This document shows positions 51,274 to 59,793 of a stretch of DNA of 64,000 nucleotides, piece by piece (the stretch's first letter is position 1; every line of letters begins with the position of its first letter). A program made the translations under genes and the position numbers. This DNA is from Patescibacteria group bacterium. Lineage in GTDB: Bacteria > Patescibacteriota > Microgenomatia > UBA8517. The DNA lies in assembly GCA_026416845.1 (NCBI GenBank), contig JAOAEL010000005.1, forward strand, positions 229 to 64,228. The letters run 5' to 3'. The notes beneath the pieces were generated by a model. The model saw only the letters and a list, made by a program, of their open reading frames with translations, made no database searches and was not told the DNA's origin.

Positions 51274-51957
51274 ATGATACCTGTTTGGAAAAAAAACTAC
51301 CAAAGATACAAAGCCTATTTTTCGCACATTGTTGCACAATATAAAAACAGCGAAAGCTTTGCAAGCTATTTTGAAATAACACTGTCTTTAATCACAATCT
51401 GCATATTTGCAATTTTCGCGCTAAAACCAACTTTGTATACAATAGCAGAACTAATTAAACAAATAGATCAAAATACACAAACAATAAAAATGATGAACCA
51501 AAAAATTCAAGATATAACAAAAGCCCAAATTTTGTACGATAAAGAAAGATCTAAAATCACAATTTTTAATCAACTAATTCCAAACGGAGCACATCCGGAA
51601 ATCATAATTAGGCAAATTGAAAATTTATCAAGTAAAAACAATATACCTGTCAAAGTGAACATGGGACAAGCAAGCATTCTTGGAAAAATGATAAACCAGC
51701 CCAATAAAACAGATCTTATAAACATCAATCATGAAAATAAAGAAAGAAATTTATCATATATTGAAGTAACATTAACAGCATCAACACCTACAACAAACTA
51801 TCAGCAATTGTACAATTTTTTATCTGATCTTGAAAAGCAAAGATTGCCAATCATAATAAAACAATTTGATTTGACAATAACAAAAACAAAAGATAACAAT
51901 AATCTCTTACTGTTCATAAAAATGCAAGTTCCTTACTTACCTTTTTATGTAGAATAA
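51274..51957 (+). CDS. PilO-like membrane protein (short cytoplasmic N-term, TM, coiled coil, periplasmic domain)
   Basis: Starts 2 nt after the pilN stop. The ATG at 51274 is preferred over the upstream ORF start. TM ITLSLITICIFAIFAL, then a Q/K-rich coiled coil. Confidence 0.4.
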   Translation: MIPVWKKNYQRYKAYFSHIVAQYKNSESFASYFEITLSLITICIFAIFALKPTLYTIAELIKQIDQNTQTIKMMNQKIQDITKAQILYDKERSKITIFNQLIPNGAHPEIIIRQIENLSSKNNIPVKVNMGQASILGKMINQPNKTDLININHENKERNLSYIEVTLTASTPTTNYQQLYNFLSDLEKQRLPIIIKQFDLTITKTKDNNNLLLFIKMQVPYLPFYVE

Positions 51958-51964
51958 TTTAAAT

Positions 51965-52186
51965 ATGCTCAAACCTAAACCACCAAAAGTTGTTGTACTA
52001 ATCTTTCTAACCACAATAACAACCATATTTTGGGTATTTTATACAGTATATTCGATCATGACAAAAAATTTACCAATAAATATTCCACAAGAAATGTTAA
52101 ACACGGTAAATCCAAACTTAGACTTAGAAACACTAAATTCAATACAAGAAAAAATCTTTTACGATAAAGAACAACTTTCTTCTTAA
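51965..52186 (+). CDS. small single-TM protein, hypothetical
   Basis: 73 aa. KPKPPK, then TM VVVLIFLTTITTIFWVFYTVY. Translationally linked to the preceding gene. Confidence 0.35.
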   Translation: MLKPKPPKVVVLIFLTTITTIFWVFYTVYSIMTKNLPINIPQEMLNTVNPNLDLETLNSIQEKIFYDKEQLSS

Positions 52187-52253
52187 AATAATATAATTGC
52201 TAGTAACAAAAACTTTTAAATATTGTATAAAATAATGTTAACAGTAAAAAACA

Positions 52254-52952
52254 ATGACAAAAAATAACCAACTAATCACTTTTCTAAGTGTCTTTTTGTT
52301 GTTATTTGGGATTGCATCAGGAATAACTCTTCTGCAACAAAAAACAATCTTCAGGCTTCGCGCAGATTCCAAAACTGAAATATCTGATTTTTGGATTACA
52401 AACGTAAAAAGTAATTCAGCGACTATAACTTGGCGAACAACAAATGTGTCAACTGGATTTGTAAAATGGAAGGAAAAAAATTCTAATTTCACAAAAATTG
52501 CTGTGCCAAAATCCAATCAACCCAAGCTTATAAATTCAGTTGAATTAGAACAGCTCAATCCTTCAACTTTGTATGAATTCTCAATATCAGTAAATAAAGA
52601 AAATTTTTTAAAAGAAAGTGCAACCTTAAACTTCAAAACTGCACAAGAAATTTCAGAAAAAGTTAAAAGCAAATTTATCAAAGGAAAAATTCTTTCAAAA
52701 CAAGGCGAACCAATCAAAGACGCGTTTATATTAGTAAAAGTATCTGGCAGCAATCCTTTATCCACAGTATCAGATAATCAAGGAATGTGGAGTATAGACA
52801 TTTCTCAAGCTTTGGCACAAAGCTTATCTAACTATATAAAAATCGATGATCAAAAAACTTTATTGGATATCCAAGTATACTTTAAAAATTTTTCAAAAAA
52901 CATTCAAACAACACCAAGCCAAGCACAAAACCTTAGCATTTTTTTAGATTAG
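52254..52952 (+). CDS. secreted protein with FN3-like and carboxypeptidase-regulatory-like beta-sandwich domains
   Basis: Signal/anchor helix. SATITWRTTNVSTGFVKW (FN3 as in the purple-acid-phosphatase N-domain). KGKILSKQGEPIKDAFILVKVSG...DNQGMWSIDI (CarbopepD_reg-like). Confidence 0.4.
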   Translation: MTKNNQLITFLSVFLLLFGIASGITLLQQKTIFRLRADSKTEISDFWITNVKSNSATITWRTTNVSTGFVKWKEKNSNFTKIAVPKSNQPKLINSVELEQLNPSTLYEFSISVNKENFLKESATLNFKTAQEISEKVKSKFIKGKILSKQGEPIKDAFILVKVSGSNPLSTVSDNQGMWSIDISQALAQSLSNYIKIDDQKTLLDIQVYFKNFSKNIQTTPSQAQNLSIFLD

Positions 52953-53105
52953 TTGGATATTGACTTAAACCTAAACAAATAATTAATATGAACATGATAA
53001 ATAAGATTAATGCCTCTTTTAAATTTTATTACCTAAACAATAGTTAGTATGGCTAGCATATGTTAACAAATCATAAATAATAAAAAGCATTCTCATCTTG
53101 TTGTT

Positions 53106-53993
53106 ATGCAAAATAATCCTGTCCAAAATTCGAGCAAAAACAATGATAATTTAGATTTATCAGGTTCAGTATCAGTAAAAGATAACACCACAATTGATAA
53201 AATTAACAATTTTGAATTAAATACAAGCAACATAACTGCAAACACAAGTCCCCCACCATCACATTCAATAAACTTTCAAAGTATAACAAACTCTCCTCAC
53301 ACACCTCAAAAGTATGGAGGCAAGAAAGTAATTGCAACAATACTTGGACTGATAATTATGCTAGGATCAATAGGAACAATAGCTTTTTTAGTACAAAACC
53401 AACAGCTAAAAGTAGGAAGCGCATGGGATTGCTCCAAATACAATTTTCACGTTTCTCGTACAGGAGTTGTAACTGTGCAAAACGGCTCTAGATATAACGA
53501 AAGCGTACAAGATGCACAAGTTTATATAAATAACACTTTAGTATCAACATTTTCTGTGCCAGCTTTGACATCTGGACAAGGAGCAACTCTTGGTACTGTT
53601 AGTGTACCATCAAGACAGGGTTTTACATGGAAAGTGCATGGAACCATCGACTGCGAAGATGAGGGAAGCTATCATGCTGAAACCACACCATCTATTACAA
53701 TATCAGCATCTTGTAATAATGTTATCGCTTATGACAAAAATTGGCAGCAATTAAACAATCAACAGCTTTCGCAACTTAAAGCAGGAGACATTGTTAGATT
53801 TACTATAGGAGGAACAACAACATCTGGATCTTTTGATAAAGCAAGGTTCATAATAAACGGTGTCCAAAAACCAGAGACAACTAGCTTGAGACCTAACACG
53901 TCTGAATTTTACTACGAATATATAATCCCATCCGAAACAACAACTTTTGAGGTAAAAGCTGAAATTCATCATAGTCAATTAGGATGGTTATGA
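53106..53993 (+). CDS. TM-anchored extracellular protein, hypothetical
   Basis: N-terminal N/S-rich cytoplasmic region, TM (VIATILGLIIMLGSIGTIAFLV), then a Cys-containing beta-rich ectodomain. Confidence 0.4.
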   Translation: MQNNPVQNSSKNNDNLDLSGSVSVKDNTTIDKINNFELNTSNITANTSPPPSHSINFQSITNSPHTPQKYGGKKVIATILGLIIMLGSIGTIAFLVQNQQLKVGSAWDCSKYNFHVSRTGVVTVQNGSRYNESVQDAQVYINNTLVSTFSVPALTSGQGATLGTVSVPSRQGFTWKVHGTIDCEDEGSYHAETTPSITISASCNNVIAYDKNWQQLNNQQLSQLKAGDIVRFTIGGTTTSGSFDKARFIINGVQKPETTSLRPNTSEFYYEYIIPSETTTFEVKAEIHHSQLGWL

Positions 53994-54838
53994 AAAGTGT
54001 TTTAATAAATAAGATTGTTACAATTCTCGTTGTATCAGCAACTATAATTTTATCGATTATAGCAATTTTTACTGCTATAAAATTGTATCAGTCAAGAAAT
54101 ACAGCTATTACTCCAACAACACCCGAAAAATCAAGTGCTCATACCGGACCGCTTGAGATAAAACCAAAATCAGGGAATTGGAATTATCCCGAAAGTTTTA
54201 TCGTTAAAAACAAGTCCGATAAGCTGGTTGATTTAGAGTGGTTTTTGGATTGTTGGGATGAATCTGTTTGTCAAGATAGCTCAGGAACGGAAAAACTTAA
54301 TCCAGGAGCAAGTATTGAAAAAGGATTGGGTTTGATTTGCGCAAAATGGCAGTTAGATTTAGAAATAAAAAGTTTAGGTGTATCATGGGGGGGAATTTCT
54401 GAGAAGAAAGAAGATTGCAACAATAACGTAGTTCGAAGGCAATGCGAAAAGCTAGTGTTTACAATCAGTACCATCACACTAACTCCAACACATACAAAGA
54501 CTCCAACATTAACACCAACTAAAACTAAGACTCCAACTCCGACACATACTGTAACTCCGACATTAACATTAACTAATACTCCAACTCCAACACATACAAC
54601 AACTGTTACAATTACTAACTCTCCAACTGCAACTCCCACTAACACCACTAGTCCAACACAAACTGTAACAGTTACATCCACTGCAACTCCAACAAACACA
54701 ATCGTTCAAAATACCACAACTGCCACACCAACTCCAACAAAAGCAGCTTTACCTGATGCCGGAACTCCAACGCTAACTTTGCTCATTGTTTCACTTGGTG
54801 TTTTCGTGCTTCTGTTTGCATTTATTTTAGCTTTATAA
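53984..54838 (+). CDS. TM-anchored surface protein with Thr/Pro-repeat stalk and C-terminal LPDAG + hydrophobic tail
   Basis: N-terminal TM. About 120-aa Cys-containing domain. About 90 aa of (T-P-T)n repeats. Then ALPDAGTPTLTLLIVSLGVFVLLFAFILAL at the C-terminus. Confidence 0.45.
   Translation: MVMKSVLINKIVTILVVSATIILSIIAIFTAIKLYQSRNTAITPTTPEKSSAHTGPLEIKPKSGNWNYPESFIVKNKSDKLVDLEWFLDCWDESVCQDSSGTEKLNPGASIEKGLGLICAKWQLDLEIKSLGVSWGGISEKKEDCNNNVVRRQCEKLVFTISTITLTPTHTKTPTLTPTKTKTPTPTHTVTPTLTLTNTPTPTHTTTVTITNSPTATPTNTTSPTQTVTVTSTATPTNTIVQNTTTATPTPTKAALPDAGTPTLTLLIVSLGVFVLLFAFILAL
54470..54745 (+). repeat. low-complexity tandem repeat (actccaaca-type units) encoding a Thr-Pro stalk
   Basis: Degenerate 9-18 nt units are repeated. 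The reverse-frame ORF 54271-54699 (V/G-rich) is an artefact of this repeat. Confidence 0.7.
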
Positions 54839-54915
54839 TTTAATACAATTTTTTTCTCAAGAATAAATAATTTCGTGCAATACGTACTAAGTATTAATTC
54901 CTTGCTTCCAAAAGA

Positions 54916-56550
54916 ATGAGAGAAAAATTAATTAGCCATTTCAAAAGTAGAAAATTAGATTTGTTGGTTATTTTTTTCGCCTTTATTTTCTCCACCTTTT
55001 TGTATTGGAAAACTTTATACATCAAAGATAATCAAATGTTTATAGCAACAAAAGTTTGGAGCGATTTTGGAGCAACACTTCCTGTTGCCAGATCTTTTTC
55101 ATACGGCTTTAATTTCCCGCCACAATATCCACATTTCGCACACGAACCAATACGCTATCATTTTTTGTTTTATCTCTTTGTTGGATTATTGGAAAAATAT
55201 GGAATAAGATTAGATTATGCTCTCAACACCTTAAGCGCTATAGGGATGACTTTGTTAATATATTTTATTTACAAAGGCGGAGAAGTCTTATTTAAAAATA
55301 AAGTTATTGGGATTTTATCTTTGCTTTTTTTTATTTTCAACGGATCTTTTGGTTTTTTGGAATACTTCAAAGCCAATGGAATAAACATAAGCTCAATACT
55401 TCAAATTCCATCAAATCAAAATTTCACATCATTTGGCCCTTATGATGAGAAGATAGTTTCGGCTTTTTGGAGTCTAAACATCTACACAAATCAACGACAT
55501 CTGGCGCTTGGCTACGCAATATTTCTAGGAATATTTTTATATCTTTATCATCGAATAGTTAAACACAAATCAATCTCTTACAATGCGGCTTTAATAATCG
55601 GAATACTAGTTGGATTTATACCTTTTTTACATCTTGCTGTATATGCAATGATTGGAGTGGCAGTACTTTTATTTTTCCTCATTTTCAGTCACACAAGAAA
55701 ACAACTTTTTCTAATGGGTTTTGTAGCAATAATTTTGGCTCTGCCACAATTTATTTATATGGGAAGCTCCAGAGTAGAATCTGAATTGATAAAAATCGGT
55801 TATTTGGCAAAAAACATATCCGAAATACCTTACTATTGGTTACTCAATCTTGGACTTTTAATAGTTTTTATACCAATTGGATTTTTACTTGCAAACAAAA
55901 ATCAGAAAAAAGCATTTTTAGTTTTTCTGACCTTTTTTATAATTGCAAACACATTCAGATTGTCTCCTGAAATCGCCGCAAATCATAAGTTTATAAATAT
56001 GTTTGTAATCGGAATGAACTGGTTTCTAGCATTTTCAATAATTACACTATGGGGAAAATTTCTAATGTCTAAGCTAATCTTAACCATTTCAATACTTTTT
56101 TTAACATTAACAGGAATCATAGACTTATTCCCAATAATAAATGACAAATATGTAACTATCGACGATATACCCAAAAACAAAATCGCCAATTTCATAGACA
56201 AAAACACCACCAAAGATGCTATTTTTTTAAATTCTTCTTTCACTTTTCATCCCGCATTAATAGCAGGCAGGAAAATCTTTTTAGGTTGGCCATATTACGC
56301 ATGGTCAGCAGGATATGACACTGATCATAGGAACAAAATATTTACAAAAATGTACACTTCCACAAACAAGTTTGATTTTTGTAAAATGGCTATAGAAAAC
56401 AATATAGATTATGTAACAGTTGAAGATACAAAAGGAGATACAAATTTGCCCACCATAAACACAGAATTTTTTAAAAACAACTTCAAATTAATGTATGAAG
56501 ACATTAAAGAAAATTATTTTATCTTTTCCATAAAAGACAATTGTGCATAA
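54916..56550 (+). CDS. polytopic membrane protein, possible GT-C-fold glycosyltransferase
   Basis: 544 aa, at least 12 predicted TMs. Aromatic-rich first loop with acidic/His residues (KVWSDFGATLPVARSFSYGFNFPPQYPHFAHEP). Confidence 0.3.
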   Translation: MREKLISHFKSRKLDLLVIFFAFIFSTFLYWKTLYIKDNQMFIATKVWSDFGATLPVARSFSYGFNFPPQYPHFAHEPIRYHFLFYLFVGLLEKYGIRLDYALNTLSAIGMTLLIYFIYKGGEVLFKNKVIGILSLLFFIFNGSFGFLEYFKANGINISSILQIPSNQNFTSFGPYDEKIVSAFWSLNIYTNQRHLALGYAIFLGIFLYLYHRIVKHKSISYNAALIIGILVGFIPFLHLAVYAMIGVAVLLFFLIFSHTRKQLFLMGFVAIILALPQFIYMGSSRVESELIKIGYLAKNISEIPYYWLLNLGLLIVFIPIGFLLANKNQKKAFLVFLTFFIIANTFRLSPEIAANHKFINMFVIGMNWFLAFSIITLWGKFLMSKLILTISILFLTLTGIIDLFPIINDKYVTIDDIPKNKIANFIDKNTTKDAIFLNSSFTFHPALIAGRKIFLGWPYYAWSAGYDTDHRNKIFTKMYTSTNKFDFCKMAIENNIDYVTVEDTKGDTNLPTINTEFFKNNFKLMYEDIKENYFIFSIKDNCA

Positions 56551-56552
56551 AT

Positions 56553-58589
56553 ATGAACACGCAAGAAACATTATCTATTTTTTATTGGTATCTAACACTT
56601 CTTGGTATTGGCTTGATAAGTCTGCCTTTTACTTTTTTATTGTTTAATAAATTCACTTCAAAAGGATATGCGTTTACCAAAACAGTTGGAATAATATTAA
56701 CAAGTTACATATGCTTTTTGCTAACAAGTTATAAATTGCTGTCCTTTGATAAACTGTCAGCTTTTTTTGCAATATTTCTATGGATTTTGATAAATGTATT
56801 CATTTTTTATAAAGCACACAAAAATATTAAGAAAACGATTCAAAGTTCTATTTTTTCAATTTTTTTAATTGAACTTTTGTTTCTTGCAAGTTTTATATCT
56901 TGGACAATTGTTAGATCTTATCAACCATCCATTGAGGGACTAGAAAAATTCATGGATTTTGGTTTCGTAAACAGCACACTGCGATCCGAATACTTGCCAC
57001 CAAAAGATATGTGGCTCTCTGGGCATACAATAAACTACTACTGGTATGGTCATTATGTTACTGCATTTTTGATCAAAATCTCGGGAATCAATTCCGGCAT
57101 TGGATATAACTTAATGCTTGCGACAATATTTGGTCTTTCACTTACGGGAATTTTTAACATTGTATCAACACTCATAAAAAAAACAGGAATTGCAACTAAA
57201 AGAAAAATTTTCCTAGGAGGCATAATATCCGCGCTTGGAGTAGTCTTAGCAGGAAATTTTCACACTCCATATATTCTTTGGAAAAATAACTTTGAAAATT
57301 ATTGGTATCCGGACGCCACAAGATTTATAGGTTACAATCCTGAAACAAATGATAAAACCATTCACGAATTTCCACTTTATTCATTTGTAGTGTCAGACCT
57401 GCATGCTCATTTGATAAATCTTCCTTTTGCAATTTTATACATCGCTCTATTGGCTCGTTTTTTGTTAGAAAAAGATTCTTATTCCAATATCAAAATTTTT
57501 GTGCCACTGGGATTTGTTTTGGGAATTATGTTTATGACAAATTCATGGGATTTTGGCAATTATGCTATTACAACAGCCTGCGTAATTGGACTTGTCAGTT
57601 TGTTTAAAGAAGGTATAAATCTAAAATTGATTTCAAAGATAGTCATGAATGCTGTGATAACAATAATAACAGCACTGATTGTAACCTTTCCATTTTTGAC
57701 AAATTTTGAATCAATTGCGCAAGGTGTAGATTTTGTTAAAGCACAAACACCCCTCTGGCAACTTTTGATTCTATGGGGATACCCGCTTTGTATTACTTTA
57801 ATATTTTTAACCACATTAATCCTTAAACAAGAAAAAACAAACAAAGTAGATGTATTTGTAATTGCTCTACTTACCGCGGGTTGGATTTTGATACTTCTGC
57901 CAGAAATCATATATGTAAAAGATATATATGGGCCTGATCATCATCGAGCAAATACTATGTTTAAACTAACCTATCAAGCATTTGTGCTTTTTTATTTATC
58001 CTCTGGATATGTGTTTATAAGAGTAATTGCTCTTCAGAAATCATTATTAGTCAAGTTAACTCTTAGCTTTCTAATTACAATTCTTATTGCTTTAGTATTT
58101 ATATACCCTTACCATGCAATCAAAACATATTACAATGACTTCAAAAAACAATCTTCATTACGCGGAGACAACTGGCTAAAGGAGGAAGATCCAGAGTCTT
58201 ACTACTTAATTGAGTGGATAAACAAAAATTTAAAAGATAAGAATGCTATCCTATTGGAAGCATCAGGCGATAGCTACACTAAATACAATGTTGTTTCAGC
58301 ATATACAGGAATACCAACAGTTTTGGGATGGTTCGTACATCAATGGCTCTGGCGTGGATCACCTCTTATTCCGCAACAAAGAGCAAACGACATCCGAGAA
58401 ATATACGTAACATCTGACACACAAAAAGCAAAAACACTTCTGAACAAATACGCAGTCACACACGTAATTGTCAGCATTAAAGAAAGAGAAAGATACATAA
58501 ATGTAATGGAAGAAAAATTTGAAATTTTGGGAGAAAAAATATACGAAAACGGCAATACTTCTTTATATAAAATAACCAAAAGCCTGTAA
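56553..58589 (+). CDS. large polytopic membrane protein, GT-C/DUF2298-like
   Basis: About 678 aa, about 14 TMs. Conserved-looking loop EKFMDFGFVNSTLRSEYLPPKDMWLSGHTINYYWYGHY. Soluble C-terminal domain of about 150 aa. The ATG at 56553 is preferred to the TTG at 56541. Confidence 0.3.
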   Translation: MNTQETLSIFYWYLTLLGIGLISLPFTFLLFNKFTSKGYAFTKTVGIILTSYICFLLTSYKLLSFDKLSAFFAIFLWILINVFIFYKAHKNIKKTIQSSIFSIFLIELLFLASFISWTIVRSYQPSIEGLEKFMDFGFVNSTLRSEYLPPKDMWLSGHTINYYWYGHYVTAFLIKISGINSGIGYNLMLATIFGLSLTGIFNIVSTLIKKTGIATKRKIFLGGIISALGVVLAGNFHTPYILWKNNFENYWYPDATRFIGYNPETNDKTIHEFPLYSFVVSDLHAHLINLPFAILYIALLARFLLEKDSYSNIKIFVPLGFVLGIMFMTNSWDFGNYAITTACVIGLVSLFKEGINLKLISKIVMNAVITIITALIVTFPFLTNFESIAQGVDFVKAQTPLWQLLILWGYPLCITLIFLTTLILKQEKTNKVDVFVIALLTAGWILILLPEIIYVKDIYGPDHHRANTMFKLTYQAFVLFYLSSGYVFIRVIALQKSLLVKLTLSFLITILIALVFIYPYHAIKTYYNDFKKQSSLRGDNWLKEEDPESYYLIEWINKNLKDKNAILLEASGDSYTKYNVVSAYTGIPTVLGWFVHQWLWRGSPLIPQQRANDIREIYVTSDTQKAKTLLNKYAVTHVIVSIKERERYINVMEEKFEILGEKIYENGNTSLYKITKSL

Positions 58590-58591
58590 CT

Positions 58592-59764
58592 TTAATTTTT
58601 TGAATACAAAATAGAATCAACCCATTCTTGAACTTTCTGCCAGTTGCCACCAACAGGCAAGATAACATATAAGTTGTCATATTTAGGCGAGTAATTTGGA
58701 ACAAATAGAAAATCTTGCGGAATTACATAACTTTTAGATATGCCTTTGTTGTCATACAAACGTCTTGCGACAATAGCCAGCCCAGACAAAGGAATATCCG
58801 TCTGCACCACAGATAAAACTGTTTCTTTTATTTCAATTAATTTATTTTTGGAAAAGAGAATTTCTTTGGTAAGAATTTTTTTTATAAACGCATCTATCAC
58901 TAATTGTTGACGAGCGCCTCTTGCAAAGTCAGTTCCTTCTTCTCCTTTGGCATATCTAGACCTTGCAAACTTTAAAGCCATTTCCCCATCCATGTGTGTT
59001 AAACCCTTTTCAAATTTAATTGTCTCATGTCTGCATGACAAAGTAGGATCTCCCCCGCACAAGTCGTTTTCACGGCCCGGAATCGGGAAATGATTATCAG
59101 TAAATGAATTTGCCACCTCAACTTCTATGCCACCAACCACATCTATCAATTTCTTAAAACCTGAAAAATCCACCAAAGCATAGTATTGTATTTTCTCTCC
59201 AACTATTCCTGAAACCACTGATTTGACCAAATATATTCCACCTCCTTGCTCTTTATCATTTCCTTGCATATAAACGCTATTGATTTTCCCTCTAAGATCA
59301 GTAATCCAGATATCACGAGGTATCGATATTAATACAATGGAAGAATCAGAATGATTTATAGACATAAAAATAATTGTGTCTGTTAATTCAGGGGCATCAT
59401 GGCCTTCGCCACCTTTTCCTAAAATCAAAACATTTGTCCTACCTTCGGTGGACAGTATCTTATGAGGAGGTGTCGTTAGAAAATCTACAAACAGGGAAGA
59501 ATAAAATGGAATTTGAAAACGTACCAAAGTTTTTTGAACAAAAATAAATGAAAAATATAAAACCAAAATAAAAGTGCTAACAAACAAAATTTTAATCCAA
59601 ATTATGTTTTTCAAAAAAACTTTTTTCAATCGTAAAATAAAAAATGATTTATCCTTAAATACAAAATTCTGTTTTTTGTTTTTATCTTTAGAAAAACCTA
59701 AATCTTTATTTAATCCAATGCGAGATTTGCTATGAACAATCAGTTTATCTTTTTTCTTTGACAT
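58592..59764 (-). CDS. LytR-CpsA-Psr (LCP) family glycopolymer phosphotransferase
   Basis: N-terminal TM. LCP core TNVLILGKGGEG...DTIIFMSIN...ISIPRDIW...GINSVY...VDFSGFKKLIDVVGGIEV. Confidence 0.75.
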   Translation of the reverse strand: MSKKKDKLIVHSKSRIGLNKDLGFSKDKNKKQNFVFKDKSFFILRLKKVFLKNIIWIKILFVSTFILVLYFSFIFVQKTLVRFQIPFYSSLFVDFLTTPPHKILSTEGRTNVLILGKGGEGHDAPELTDTIIFMSINHSDSSIVLISIPRDIWITDLRGKINSVYMQGNDKEQGGGIYLVKSVVSGIVGEKIQYYALVDFSGFKKLIDVVGGIEVEVANSFTDNHFPIPGRENDLCGGDPTLSCRHETIKFEKGLTHMDGEMALKFARSRYAKGEEGTDFARGARQQLVIDAFIKKILTKEILFSKNKLIEIKETVLSVVQTDIPLSGLAIVARRLYDNKGISKSYVIPQDFLFVPNYSPKYDNLYVILPVGGNWQKVQEWVDSILYSKN

Positions 59765-59793
59765 AGTAATCTAGATTGTACTTGATTTAAATA

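Noticed and set aside
54271-54699. 142-aa minus-strand ORF rich in V/G
   Set aside because: It is the mirror image of the (TPT)n tandem repeat in the plus-strand surface protein. It is a low-complexity artefact.
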